Shown in pieces: positions 10,477 through 20,774 of a stretch of DNA of 64,000 nucleotides. The position numbers and the translations under genes were made by a program. Origin of the DNA: an uncultured delta proteobacterium. GTDB taxonomy: Bacteria; Desulfobacterota; Desulfobacteria; Desulfobacterales; SG8-13. Position 1 is the stretch's first letter; every line of letters begins with the position of its first letter. The notes below the pieces were generated by a model. That model did not search any database and was not told the DNA's origin. It saw only the letters and a program-made list of their open reading frames with translations. The stretch lies in assembly GCA_963848135.1 (NCBI GenBank), contig CAWKCK010000005.1, forward strand, positions 620,001 through 684,000, given 5' to 3'.

Positions 10477-11160
10477 TTAGCTGCTTAGTTGAAACTTAGC
10501 TTTCTTTGCTTTGAGATGCACCAGGTAAGTATCTTTTGAGTAACTGATGTGGCGTTTTGCAAGGTCATTTATCAGCCTAAAGTCTTTGCTATCTATTGCC
10601 CCTATGAACATTTCATGTTCTTTCTGAATTCGCTTGGTTACATCCGGCGAAGCCCAGGCGTGGTAGCGCAGAATATGACTTTGGGCTTTGAGGTGGTTAA
10701 TGACTTGAATGAGTGTTTGATTTTTGGCAAGTTCATAAATGTAGTTGTGGAAATCTTCATTGGCTGAAATCATCTTTCCGAGATCCCCATCTTTTACGCA
10801 TTCTTCAAATTTTTTCGATAGTCCCTTCAAATGTTTAATATCAGATTTTTGGGCATTTTCAGCTGCTTTCCGGGTTGCTAAAGATTCCAATTCAACGCGT
10901 ACTTCAAAAATGTTTTCAATTTCATTTTCATCCACATCGCAAACTATGGCACCCTTATACGGGATCACCTCTATCAAACCTTTGGTTTCGAGGATCTTAA
11001 ATGCATCCCTCACCCAGAATCGACTGACCTCCAGTTCTTTAGATAAATTTGCCTCAACGAGTCTCTCCCGCGGCTGGAAGACACCTGTTAAAATCATGTT
11101 TTCCAGGCGTTCGATTAGTTTTTGGAAATCCTCTTTTAAGTCCTTTTTCGGATAGGCCAT
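10477..11160 (-). CDS. GntR family regulator (FCD)
   Basis: wHTH RLVEANLSKELEVSRFWVRDA; FCD with N..FH and EH. Confidence 0.92.
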   Translation of the reverse strand: MAYPKKDLKEDFQKLIERLENMILTGVFQPRERLVEANLSKELEVSRFWVRDAFKILETKGLIEVIPYKGAIVCDVDENEIENIFEVRVELESLATRKAAENAQKSDIKHLKGLSKKFEECVKDGDLGKMISANEDFHNYIYELAKNQTLIQVINHLKAQSHILRYHAWASPDVTKRIQKEHEMFIGAIDSKDFRLINDLAKRHISYSKDTYLVHLKAKKAKFQLSS

Positions 11161-11396
11161 CGGTATCTCTGCTTATAGAAATCGACAATGAATCCAGATT
11201 TCCTGGTTATCTATAAGTTAACCTTAATCATGTATTATCCGGTTAGTTCTAATAAAAATATTTTAACGCAACGCAATTCAAAAATAGTGCCTTTACCGTA
11301 TCGCCAACTTACAGAGATTGCTACAAAGAATTTCCGTCTTGCAATCAAAAGGCGAACTTTGTCAGCAACGAACGAATTCGTTGCGAACTATTCCCC

Positions 11397-12056
11397 TTAG
11401 GTTACCATGTCTTTAAGTGCAGACATACACAGTTTTGGGCTTGCCAGAATCGGTATATCATAGGTACCTTGAGATTGGTCCACAATATGGGCCATAGAGG
11501 CTTGGGCTAAAATGATTACATCGCACTGGCCCGAAAGTTTTTCAATTGCTTCTTTTACAATCCTATCATGTTCACTGACATTCCCATTAAGTCTGGCTCT
11601 AAATGCTTCTGTCTCCAAAGAGCTAAATATTTCTACTTTTTTACCCTTTTCGGCAGCACGGGAATAAATAAGATCAACACTTGGCTTCAAGGTAGTTTTA
11701 GCGGTAGTGATGACACCAATCTTTTCGCCGAAATCAATGGCTTTATCCGCTAAAGGATCATCAATCTTCATGATAGGAATGTCAATGAGTTTTCGGACAG
11801 TATCGACTGCAGGTGAGGTGGAAGAACAAGTGAACAATATCAGGTCGACACCGATTTCCATCATTAAACTTGCTTGAATTGCAACCCTGCGAACAATCGC
11901 CGGTGTCAATCCATCATTTTCCATTAGTTGCTTCAGAATACCTTCATCCACGATATGGAAACTCTTAACATCTGGAATCGTTTCGTCAAACAATTTTCGA
12001 AACATATCTGCGAGAAATCCCACCGTATGCAAAAGGCCGATTTGCCGTACCATCAC
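11397..12056 (-). CDS. Asp/Glu/hydantoin racemase family protein
   Basis: FTCSS and LAQASM motifs (one-Cys subfamily). Confidence 0.8.
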   Translation of the reverse strand: MMVRQIGLLHTVGFLADMFRKLFDETIPDVKSFHIVDEGILKQLMENDGLTPAIVRRVAIQASLMMEIGVDLILFTCSSTSPAVDTVRKLIDIPIMKIDDPLADKAIDFGEKIGVITTAKTTLKPSVDLIYSRAAEKGKKVEIFSSLETEAFRARLNGNVSEHDRIVKEAIEKLSGQCDVIILAQASMAHIVDQSQGTYDIPILASPKLCMSALKDMVT

Positions 12057-12105
12057 TTTACTCCTGTTGAAAACAAGCCGGGTATCTCACCCCGGCTTGC
12101 CGTTT

Positions 12106-12933
12106 TTACACTCGAGGTATTTTGCGTAGAAGTTGGCCATAACCTTCCACCACATCGTTAATCCCTAATAACTTTAACAGATGCCATGCCGTTGCTTGAT
12201 TCGAGGTAACTACCGGTAGTCCGGAATCTTTTTCAATTTCTTCAATGACATCACTGCAGCGAAAGTTAGTGCATGTAATGAAGATACCATCTGCGTCTGG
12301 CACCACTGCATCCATGGCAATCTGATAGGCTTGTGAAGGTTTGGTAGCTCCCATTTCATAGAGGTCTTCAATACCTAATCCAACGACCCGAAGAACCTTA
12401 AATCCAGAATCTTCGTAAAAAATGCGAAACCGCTCATTTAGTTCTTCGATATAGGGTCCGGCAATCACAATTTTTTTTAATCCCAAAAAGCGCATAGCCT
12501 CTTCTGCTGCGGTAGCTGTAGTTGTACAAGGGATTCCATTACTTTGAGCTTCCATAGAAGGAATGGCATTGGCACAGGCACAATCCGCAGTTGCGGCTTC
12601 CATCATCTCTATCTCTTTTTTATCCCAGCCGGGGCCACCGACGAGGGATCCAGCGGTACAGGCGAAGGCAATAGCGGAGCGATTACCAATTATTGGCGAC
12701 GATAGTCCTTCAGCTAAAAGACCAGCCGCATTTCCCAACGGCTCACTGAGTTTAGAACATTCTTCCACATTCACGACTGGGTCCATGTGAATTCTTGTTT
12801 CTCGAACTTGAACATAATCAGGTATCATCCTGCAAATCTCCGGGGTTGGGTTCAAATTGGGCCCAACGACTACCAAACCAATTTTGGCCCTGTATCCATA
12901 TGGTACATCATAAGTTTCTTTTTTCTGAAGCAT
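12106..12933 (-). CDS. Maleate cis-trans isomerase / arylmalonate decarboxylase family protein
   Basis: ACTAGS, GPY, CTNF, PVVTSNQATAW. Confidence 0.85.
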   Translation of the reverse strand: MLQKKETYDVPYGYRAKIGLVVVGPNLNPTPEICRMIPDYVQVRETRIHMDPVVNVEECSKLSEPLGNAAGLLAEGLSSPIIGNRSAIAFACTAGSLVGGPGWDKKEIEMMEAATADCACANAIPSMEAQSNGIPCTTTATAAEEAMRFLGLKKIVIAGPYIEELNERFRIFYEDSGFKVLRVVGLGIEDLYEMGATKPSQAYQIAMDAVVPDADGIFITCTNFRCSDVIEEIEKDSGLPVVTSNQATAWHLLKLLGINDVVEGYGQLLRKIPRV

Positions 12934-12964
12934 GTCAATAATCCCCTTTCTTGTCTCTTTTGAT

Positions 12965-14248
12965 TTAATACCCGAATAGATTCGGTAACCAATTTGTAAC
13001 GCCAGGCCAAAATGCGACCAGAATGATCACCAAAAAAACTAGCGATAAAAATGGCCAAATTTCGCGAGTGGTTTCTTCAATGCTACAATTTGCAATTGGG
13101 CATACAATAAAAAGGCCCAAGGCTACTGGAGGTGTTATTAGTGCTACTTGTACAGTCATTACCACTATAAGACCAAAATGATGCGGCTCAATACCATATG
13201 CCGCGGCTACTGGGCCAAAAACAGGAATAAGCATAATCATGGTAGCAACCGCTTCCAAAACAAATCCGAGCATCAACAAAAAGGTTATCGTCATTACCAG
13301 AAATACATGCGGCGAGTCGGTTAAATGCAGAAATGATTTAGCAACCGTCTGTGGAACCTGGTGAGTGATCAAAATCCAGGAAATAATTTTAGCCGTAGCC
13401 AAAAGCATGAAAACTACTGCGCTTGTCCGACAGGATGAAATTAAACAATCGAATATATCTTTTAGTCGGATTTGACGAGTCACGAAAATACCGATAGCAA
13501 GTGCGTAGGTCACAGCTACTGCACCGGCTTCAGTCGGTGTAAATATGCCTCCAATAATTCCGCCCAGTATTATGACGGGTACCATTAGACCGGGTATGGC
13601 AGAGAATGCCCTACGTAAAACATTCCGAATGCTGAATGCAGCACTGCTGACCGGAAAATCTTGGCGAAACGACATGAAATAGACCAATGCCATCATACCA
13701 AATCCGATCAGGCAGCCCGGAATGGCCCCTAATAGAAAAAGCTTGGCCACTGAAATTCCACCACCGTAAACATATGCGTATATCAGCATTGCCACACTAG
13801 GGGGAATGATCGGTCCCATGATAGAAGAGGCTGCGGTTAGTACTGCTGAAAAAGTTCGGGTAAACCCCTGTTTGATCATGCTCGGGACAAGCATTGATCC
13901 TACTGCGGCTGTATCCGCCACAGCAACGCCAGTTACTCCAGCGAAAAACATGCTGGCCAATATATTTACATATGCTAAGCCACCCTTCCAGTGGCCAACA
14001 ATACTGTCAGCCAGGTCGACCAGCTTTGGCAAAACACCACATCGACTCATTAAATCGCCGGCCATGATAAAAAAAGGAATGGCCATCAACGGGAATGAAT
14101 CAATGCCCCCAAACATCAGGGTCGGTATAATACTTAACGGAATATTCGGCGTTACGATGATAAAAGCGACGGCCGCTAATCCAAGACAAAATGCAACAGG
14201 AACTCCAAGAAGTATCGTAACAACAAATACAATCGCCAGAGTTAGCAT
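12965..14248 (-). CDS. dctM: TRAP transporter large permease DctM (system 1)
   Basis: Polytopic membrane protein; PIIPPS, FTPTEA, ITPPV. Confidence 0.93.
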   Translation of the reverse strand: MLTLAIVFVVTILLGVPVAFCLGLAAVAFIIVTPNIPLSIIPTLMFGGIDSFPLMAIPFFIMAGDLMSRCGVLPKLVDLADSIVGHWKGGLAYVNILASMFFAGVTGVAVADTAAVGSMLVPSMIKQGFTRTFSAVLTAASSIMGPIIPPSVAMLIYAYVYGGGISVAKLFLLGAIPGCLIGFGMMALVYFMSFRQDFPVSSAAFSIRNVLRRAFSAIPGLMVPVIILGGIIGGIFTPTEAGAVAVTYALAIGIFVTRQIRLKDIFDCLISSCRTSAVVFMLLATAKIISWILITHQVPQTVAKSFLHLTDSPHVFLVMTITFLLMLGFVLEAVATMIMLIPVFGPVAAAYGIEPHHFGLIVVMTVQVALITPPVALGLFIVCPIANCSIEETTREIWPFLSLVFLVIILVAFWPGVTNWLPNLFGY

Positions 14249-14742
14249 ATCGTTTTTTCTCCTTTATTCTCTGGCGTTGTGTACTCCTTCCCTATTAATA
14301 TTTCCTTGATGGCAGGAATAAGGTAGATGATCATTAAAATTGAACCCACCGGGATGGCAAGATAAAAATAAAAAACTGAAATATTTACCGTGATACACAT
14401 TTGACTCAACTGCTGAGGCAGAATCCACAGCCCTTCAATAGCAACAAACACCAAAAAGACAAGGGTTAAAATGTTACTTGAAAGACGAAACCATTTCTGG
14501 TTTCGTTGACTAAAGCGCTTTGCTAAAAAATTTATATGGATATGGGAACCGTCGCGAATAGCCAATGCACTCCCCAAAAACACAATCCACACCATTAAAT
14601 ATCGCGAAAGCTCTTCAGTAAAAATCAAAGAGTGTTTAAAAACGTAACGGAGTATAACTTCGATGGTTACGATGGTTATTATGGTAGTTGCACCTAAAAA
14701 AATAAGGCCTTCAACTACTCGTGAAAGCAAACGATAAAACAT
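14242..14742 (-). CDS. dctQ: TRAP transporter small permease DctQ (system 1)
   Basis: EELSRYLMVW, HIHI; ATG start chosen at 14742 (the ORF extends to 14766). Confidence 0.9.
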   Translation of the reverse strand: MFYRLLSRVVEGLIFLGATTIITIVTIEVILRYVFKHSLIFTEELSRYLMVWIVFLGSALAIRDGSHIHINFLAKRFSQRNQKWFRLSSNILTLVFLVFVAIEGLWILPQQLSQMCITVNISVFYFYLAIPVGSILMIIYLIPAIKEILIGKEYTTPENKGEKTIC

Positions 14743-14822
14743 ATTTTGTCTCTTTCCGTCGTACACAATCGTAAGGGATCGGAGCGGTAAACCGCCCCGA
14801 TCCGTGCTGAGGAGTTATGTAC

Positions 14823-15821
14823 CTATTTATTAAAGAAAACTACGGTATCGACTATCTCTTTTCCTTCTGGGCCGAAATCTTCAACGGCCGCGGGATAAAC
14901 ACCTTGAGCGATTTTGCGAAATTCTGCCTTAGTGCTATCTGATACGTCATTAATTTTCATCCCATCTGTCTCGAGTTTAGCCATAACCTCTTTATTATCC
15001 TTTCCATTGACTTCGCGCTGCCACAAGGTCGCCTTCTGGGCTGCTACTTTTACCGCAACCTGTAAGTCTTTCGGCAATTTGTTCAGGCTGACCTTGCTCA
15101 TTAGAACATTTCCCGGTTCATTGACATGTGATGTTAAAGAGTAAAACTTCTGTACTTCATAGAGTTTTCCAAGATACACCATCGCCGGGGGGTTTTCCTG
15201 AGCATCTACAACTCCTTGTTGAAGGCCCTGATAAAGCTCGGTCCATCCCATAGGGGTCGGTGCAGCACCAAGAGCCTTAAAAAAGTCAACATGCACTTTG
15301 GCTGGCAAACAACGAATCTTAAGGCCCTTCATGTCGGTTACATTCTGTATGGGGTGCTTGTTGTTGCTCACATGCCGAAAACCATTATCCCACCATCCTA
15401 CAACCTCATATCCTTTGGCAGACAATTTCTCACCAAGATACTGGCCGAAAGGTCCATCCAACGACAGGAACATGGTATCCGTATCTTTCCAAAGGTAAGG
15501 CAAAACCGTGATCCCCATTTCAGGAACATACCCAGTCACATGGCCGGTTCCGGAAAGGACGAAGTCAACGGTTCCGATTTTTGCCATCTCCAAAACTTCT
15601 CGAATTTTTCCTAAAGATCCTGCATGGTAAACCTGAACTTCAACCCGCCCGTTGGTTGCTTCTTTCACCAGTTCGCTAAACTTTTCAGCGCCCTGGCCCC
15701 AGGAATGTTCTTTAGGCACCGGGTTGGCGAATTTTAACGTATACTCGGCGGCCTGTACATTGAACGAAACTAAAAGCACTAAACACAAGGTCAAAACACT
15801 TAATTTGGCTTTCATAATCAA
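14823..15821 (-). CDS. dctP: TRAP substrate-binding protein DctP (system 1)
   Basis: Signal peptide, NGFRH, KGLKIR (carboxylate-binding Arg), VVDAQEN. Confidence 0.93.
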   Translation of the reverse strand: MIMKAKLSVLTLCLVLLVSFNVQAAEYTLKFANPVPKEHSWGQGAEKFSELVKEATNGRVEVQVYHAGSLGKIREVLEMAKIGTVDFVLSGTGHVTGYVPEMGITVLPYLWKDTDTMFLSLDGPFGQYLGEKLSAKGYEVVGWWDNGFRHVSNNKHPIQNVTDMKGLKIRCLPAKVHVDFFKALGAAPTPMGWTELYQGLQQGVVDAQENPPAMVYLGKLYEVQKFYSLTSHVNEPGNVLMSKVSLNKLPKDLQVAVKVAAQKATLWQREVNGKDNKEVMAKLETDGMKINDVSDSTKAEFRKIAQGVYPAAVEDFGPEGKEIVDTVVFFNK

Positions 15822-15920
15822 CCCCTCCTTTTTTTGTTACAGCCCCTTTTCAGCCTATTGGTGGTTGAACATGACATTCTTGGGCAACCACCTCACCGAC
15901 ACCCGAAATTCACATATAGT

Positions 15921-16733
15921 TCAAGGCCGTCGATAAAAACCATCTTTCAAATCCAGCGTTAAAAAAACTTCATCCTGCGGTTGTGGAAAAACATTTCCAT
16001 AAATTTCCCAGCTAAATTCTCCTAAATATTCAAGACCTTCATTGTTCAGCCTAAGTGGTCGATCGTGGCCAGGAATAATCACCCCCCCTCTTTGCTCTAT
16101 TATATTGATACTTTTACGACTTAGATCATGATCAAGGCTTTGTGCTGTTGCCCCACCAGTTACTATTTCCCAGCCATTCTTAATGACGTCTCCACAAACG
16201 GTAACAGACTGATTACCGGCGTAAAACAAACTTAAACAACCTGGGGTATGACCAGGCAGGCAAACCACCTCCAGTTCATCTCCGATGATCAGAGCATCCT
16301 TGACTGTGTGAACTCTTCGCCCGTCCAGCAGCGCCGACCAAAAATCAGGAATAGCGTCATCTTGCTCCAAACCATCGCATACCTTTTCAGCATAGTGAAT
16401 TTCTTCCTCGCATAAAATTACCTCGGCATTTTTAAACAGTGGTAGGTTTAATACATGGTCAAAGTGAAGATGAGACAAAATCACATGTCGAATGTCCTCA
16501 GGTTCGAGTCCACGCCTATTCAAAGCCTCCCGCAGAAGCGTTCGATCGTTATAATGGCCTGTATCGAACAGGGCCCAATCACCGTCCAAGGGGAACAGTA
16601 CGATGGAGCAGTACCCGAACCATCCGCGATTGCTGCGACAGGGAATCCCCGTCAGAAGCGTATCAAAAATACCGATAACACTACAATCGAGTTTGTCGCT
16701 CTCAGTTATTATGCTGTGATTCGTTCGGGTCAT
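15921..16733 (-). CDS. Metallo-beta-lactamase fold hydrolase (AHL-lactonase-like)
   Basis: SHLHFDH, PGHTPG, GD, PGHD. Confidence 0.85.
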   Translation of the reverse strand: MTRTNHSIITESDKLDCSVIGIFDTLLTGIPCRSNRGWFGYCSIVLFPLDGDWALFDTGHYNDRTLLREALNRRGLEPEDIRHVILSHLHFDHVLNLPLFKNAEVILCEEEIHYAEKVCDGLEQDDAIPDFWSALLDGRRVHTVKDALIIGDELEVVCLPGHTPGCLSLFYAGNQSVTVCGDVIKNGWEIVTGGATAQSLDHDLSRKSINIIEQRGGVIIPGHDRPLRLNNEGLEYLGEFSWEIYGNVFPQPQDEVFLTLDLKDGFYRRP

Positions 16734-16757
16734 GACGTCTCTCCAGTTTAGATTTGA

Positions 16758-18608
16758 TTACCTTCGGGCCTGCAACTCGACTGCTGCATCAAATCCGCCG
16801 CGGATGGCTTCATAAATAGTACCGGGTTTAAAGGCATCGCCTATAACGGTTACCGGAATGTCGTCATTGATTTCTTCCACAAGTTGGTTGTTACTTCGAT
16901 AACCAACTGCAGCTACGATAAAATCAGGAGATTCCAATATTTTCGTTCCTTCCGTGGTTATCACTTCCACGCTGCTGCCAATGACTGCTGCCAGCGTGGT
17001 GTTTTTCAGGATCCGAACCCCAGCAGATTCAAGACGGTCAACCATCAAATTGAGGCGAGTGACATGGAGACCGCGGCCAATTTGGCCGGTCATTTCAATA
17101 ATAGTAATCCTCCGTCCAGGACCAACTATGTATTCGGCCAGTTCAAGACCGACGGCCCCCCCACCAATGATGAAGTAATTTCCTTCTGGCATTTTTTCCC
17201 ACTCCAGAACCTCCAATGCTGAATAACTTGCCGAATGGTTATCCAACCCTTTTACATCCATTTGCAGATCTAAAGCACCAGTGGCTATGATGACATGATC
17301 AGGTTTTTGTACCCTAACCATTTCAGCCTTAACTTCCTGGCCGGTATGTACTGCAACTCCGTTGAAGGTCTGCTTCACCAAAAAATCAACAAGATCTTGT
17401 AAGGGCTCTTTGAAAGGCGGTTTTTTCCCTAGGTTTACAATACCACCAAGTTCCGATTGTTTTTCAAATAACTCGACAACTGCCCCTCTCTGGGCTGCGG
17501 TTACAGCCGCCGAAAGACCTGCCGGTCCACCTCCGATAACCATTACCTTTAATGGCTTCTCCAAAGTCCTGGGAATGTGCAAATCTCTGCCGATATAAGG
17601 ATTAACCGCACAGCGCACAGGCTCATTGCGGTGTAAACACAGCAAACAGAAGTTGCAGGCAATACACGGCCGGATGTCCTCGCGCCTGTCATCAAGAACT
17701 TTGCTAACGTATTCCGGATCAGCGATAAGCGCTCGCGCAGCTGCAACGAAATCCGCATACCCGCCGCCCAGTGCCTGTTTGAATACTGGCGGTCGGTCTA
17801 AACGACCCACACCAATGACCGGAATGGATAATTTCTCCTTGAGAGCCCTTGCCAGATGCAGTAGGGAGCCCCGCTCAACTTCCATCGGCGGACTCATGCG
17901 ATATTGTGTTAATCCAATACCACCTGAAGCGCTCAGATAATCAACACCAAGCGCTTCCAGCCATCCTCCGACCTGAAGGGTTTCCTTGAGGTCCAAGCCA
18001 TCTGCTACGAATTCATCGACGCTTAGACGTACACCCAGCAGCATATCCCTGCCGATTATAGACCGAACCTCCTCTACAGTTTCTTTTAATAATCGGAATC
18101 GGTTTCCCAAACTACCGCCATACTTATCTTTGCGGTGGTTAAAGTGGGGGGATAAAAAGTAATTCAGCCAATAGTCATGGCAAGAATGCAGTTCGATAGC
18201 ATCAAATCCGCATTTCTGAGCACGAACCGCAGCCTTTACAAACGCATTTCGATATTCATCTATCTCTGCTTTACTAAAATCTTCCGGCAACCTTCCAATG
18301 CTCTTAAAGCTCAGTTGAATTCCAACGCGGGTGTGCCGCGTAAGTGAAGAGGCAAGTTTCATTAGCCCGGGTATAAGACGGTCATCGTAAATGCCGAGCT
18401 GCCGATTAAAGCCTTTTCCATTGGGATGAACATAGGCTGCTCCCAAAACTATGTAACCGACTTTAGATCGCGCTCGAGCTATATAAAATTCTTGGTATTC
18501 CTCAGTGACAGAGCCATCAGAGGCTGCTGAGTTAGGAACCATTGGGGCCATCACAGCACGATTGATAAATCGACATTTTTTTATTAAAATGGGATCTGAT
18601 ATTTGCAT
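16758..18608 (-). CDS. OYE-family NADH:flavin oxidoreductase with Fe-S and FAD domains (2,4-dienoyl-CoA reductase/BaiCD-like), copy 1
   Basis: MAPM, ELHSCHDY, R.D.YGGS..NR.R, CIACNFC...C, GGGPAG. Confidence 0.9.
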   Translation of the reverse strand: MQISDPILIKKCRFINRAVMAPMVPNSAASDGSVTEEYQEFYIARARSKVGYIVLGAAYVHPNGKGFNRQLGIYDDRLIPGLMKLASSLTRHTRVGIQLSFKSIGRLPEDFSKAEIDEYRNAFVKAAVRAQKCGFDAIELHSCHDYWLNYFLSPHFNHRKDKYGGSLGNRFRLLKETVEEVRSIIGRDMLLGVRLSVDEFVADGLDLKETLQVGGWLEALGVDYLSASGGIGLTQYRMSPPMEVERGSLLHLARALKEKLSIPVIGVGRLDRPPVFKQALGGGYADFVAAARALIADPEYVSKVLDDRREDIRPCIACNFCLLCLHRNEPVRCAVNPYIGRDLHIPRTLEKPLKVMVIGGGPAGLSAAVTAAQRGAVVELFEKQSELGGIVNLGKKPPFKEPLQDLVDFLVKQTFNGVAVHTGQEVKAEMVRVQKPDHVIIATGALDLQMDVKGLDNHSASYSALEVLEWEKMPEGNYFIIGGGAVGLELAEYIVGPGRRITIIEMTGQIGRGLHVTRLNLMVDRLESAGVRILKNTTLAAVIGSSVEVITTEGTKILESPDFIVAAVGYRSNNQLVEEINDDIPVTVIGDAFKPGTIYEAIRGGFDAAVELQARR

Positions 18609-18631
18609 TGTTGCCTATATATAGTTTTGCC

Positions 18632-19456
18632 TTAAACGCCGCTTACCACTCTCAGAAGGTTTTCCACTTTGCATACCGTAGGATAGCCCTCGGCAATGGT
18701 CTGGGTAGTTTTTATATCACGATCACTGCGCACAAATCCCATCAGTGTCACTTTACCGGCCGCTTTGGCGATAACCTGTACACCCTCCATAAAAGGAAGC
18801 GTTTCCACGTTCTTGCGAATTATGCTCTCGAGACGTTTGGCGAAAGCCATCCGCTGCATCTCTTCAATTTTAAGAGGTTGAGTGGTTGATTCTGCTTTTT
18901 TCTGACTACCCATAGCGATCAAATCGGTTGCGGCCCCAATTGAAAAATCTGCTGTGTTGATTACCATGTCGTAAAGATCAAAATCGTTAAGATCGATCTT
19001 GTAAATTGATTGAATCAATGCTCTACGCTGTGTATCCTGGCTATGAACATAATCAATTGCGGCTCGCTCAGACAAATTTTTCTCGGAGGCAATTTGTTTA
19101 ATTCTTATTTCTTGAGGAGCCACAATGCGAACATGTAGGATACCAGGGAATTCCTTTAATACGACCTGCACACCCCGACCAAGCAGAATAACATTATCTC
19201 TTCCTGCCAGTTCCAGATTTAAGGATTCAAAAAGGCTTTTGTAAGCTGGTCGATTAAATGAAAGTCGTTCAAAAAATCCATGAAATTTTTCAACTTCATA
19301 TGCGGAACAGGCATCTTTATACTCGTCATCACAGCCTTCTGCTAAAGAATGAATTTTTTCATCGTCGATCAGTTCGTATTTCAGTTTTTTTGCGAGTAGA
19401 ACTGCGATCTCGTCTCCAGAGCTACCGGTCTGTCTCGATATGGTCACAACCGCCAT
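18632..19456 (-). CDS. Cytidylate kinase-like protein with C-terminal BON domain
   Basis: VVTISRQTGSSG, GRG, YDMVINT; BON-like GKVTLMG...VENLL; start chosen at ATG 19456. Confidence 0.78.
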   Translation of the reverse strand: MAVVTISRQTGSSGDEIAVLLAKKLKYELIDDEKIHSLAEGCDDEYKDACSAYEVEKFHGFFERLSFNRPAYKSLFESLNLELAGRDNVILLGRGVQVVLKEFPGILHVRIVAPQEIRIKQIASEKNLSERAAIDYVHSQDTQRRALIQSIYKIDLNDFDLYDMVINTADFSIGAATDLIAMGSQKKAESTTQPLKIEEMQRMAFAKRLESIIRKNVETLPFMEGVQVIAKAAGKVTLMGFVRSDRDIKTTQTIAEGYPTVCKVENLLRVVSGV

Positions 19457-19877
19457 GATGTGTCTCCCGTTAATCGTCGTTGAAAACGAAACCCAATAGA
19501 GTAGCCAAAAACAACTTTCGATCGGCATCAATCGCCGTTATTGATTGAAAATCAGCGTCAGTGAACGCTAAGCGATTTTGATGTATTCCGCATCGATGCC
19601 GCCCCTATAATAGCTTTGCGGTCATTCCGAAGGTTTTCAGCTTCAGATCATTGAGAGTGCAAAATTTTTAACACCCTCTGGGGCTGATACTTTGGATAAA
19701 ACCACGCACAGAATCGGCCCCACCCACCTCTACGATTACCGCGGGATCGAATTACTGCCTTGCGCGATATATCATCGGAGAATCATTGCGTGGGTTTGTG
19801 ATTACTGGTATTATCGAATCTCATTCATAGGCTGCAGTATTCCACGGTTTGGCCAAAGTAGTCGGGTTAAGGCCCTA

Positions 19878-20741
19878 CTACATACGGCATGCATCCAGGA
19901 CCTGCTCGATTTCTTCCTCCGTCAGTCGTACGTAGTCTTCTTCCATCACTTCCGATAGCAGATCGGACGTCCAGACGTCGTAGCCCGGGTTGGCTTCGAA
20001 GATCCAGGTTTCCATTGCCGGTTCGATCACAACCTCTGGTGTGAAGAGCCAACCGATGTCAAAGACCACTTCTGGGTTTTTACACATAAACACCAGTTTA
20101 CCCCGATAGTTCTTACCGTCCGCCAGGTATACATTGGGGCAGGTATAGTATAGCTCTAACCCTTCCCGCTTCAGTGCAACTTCCGCGAATTTCTGGATGT
20201 GATCTGGGTGAACACTGGCGTGCACGTTGATATGCATATGATTGGTGTTCGGTTTGACTGGGAATTCAAGCCCCTTCAGAAAATGTTCAGACTTGAAATA
20301 GTCTTCCAGTGACTTCTCTTCAGTCGGGCCGACTTCTCGGAATGGAAATTGTTGATAGAACTTGTGGATGTACCAGCGGTTCCAGACTAACAGATTGCAA
20401 CCCGACTCACCGCCCTCGCAGGGCCGTAACCCCACATCTTTTTTGAAGAACCATTGGTAGTCGAAATGCGGTTTGCCTTGGGGCTCTACCCCATGAAGAC
20501 TGCCCATACCCCGTTTGGGAGCCATGTGGTCGATCTTTCGCGCTGAAGGCCACCCAAGGCGCTCGAAGTATCCGGTCATAATGGCTTCCAGGGAATCGGG
20601 GTGCACCGAGGTCTCCACATATGCGTGAACATGGGAACCTTCCGGATCAGGGTCACCTTGTAGGGCGGCACACAGTCGCCGCCAGTGATCGGATCCTACA
20701 AAATAGGATTTCACCTGTTCGAGCAATTCTTGTCTATCCAT
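19878..20741 (-). CDS. Hypothetical protein with an internal duplication and paired HxH...SVHPD motifs
   Basis: 287-aa ORF with GGAGG RBS, directly downstream of the cupin gene. Confidence 0.8.
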   Translation of the reverse strand: MDRQELLEQVKSYFVGSDHWRRLCAALQGDPDPEGSHVHAYVETSVHPDSLEAIMTGYFERLGWPSARKIDHMAPKRGMGSLHGVEPQGKPHFDYQWFFKKDVGLRPCEGGESGCNLLVWNRWYIHKFYQQFPFREVGPTEEKSLEDYFKSEHFLKGLEFPVKPNTNHMHINVHASVHPDHIQKFAEVALKREGLELYYTCPNVYLADGKNYRGKLVFMCKNPEVVFDIGWLFTPEVVIEPAMETWIFEANPGYDVWTSDLLSEVMEEDYVRLTEEEIEQVLDACRM

Positions 20742-20774
20742 TATCTATCCTCCATAAATCATTTTATCGTGCTT

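Noticed and set aside
14777..14804. Hairpins after dctP1 and dctP2 (~22996-23021)
   Set aside because: Ordinary intra-operon stem-loops after binding-protein genes; no evidence for an ncRNA
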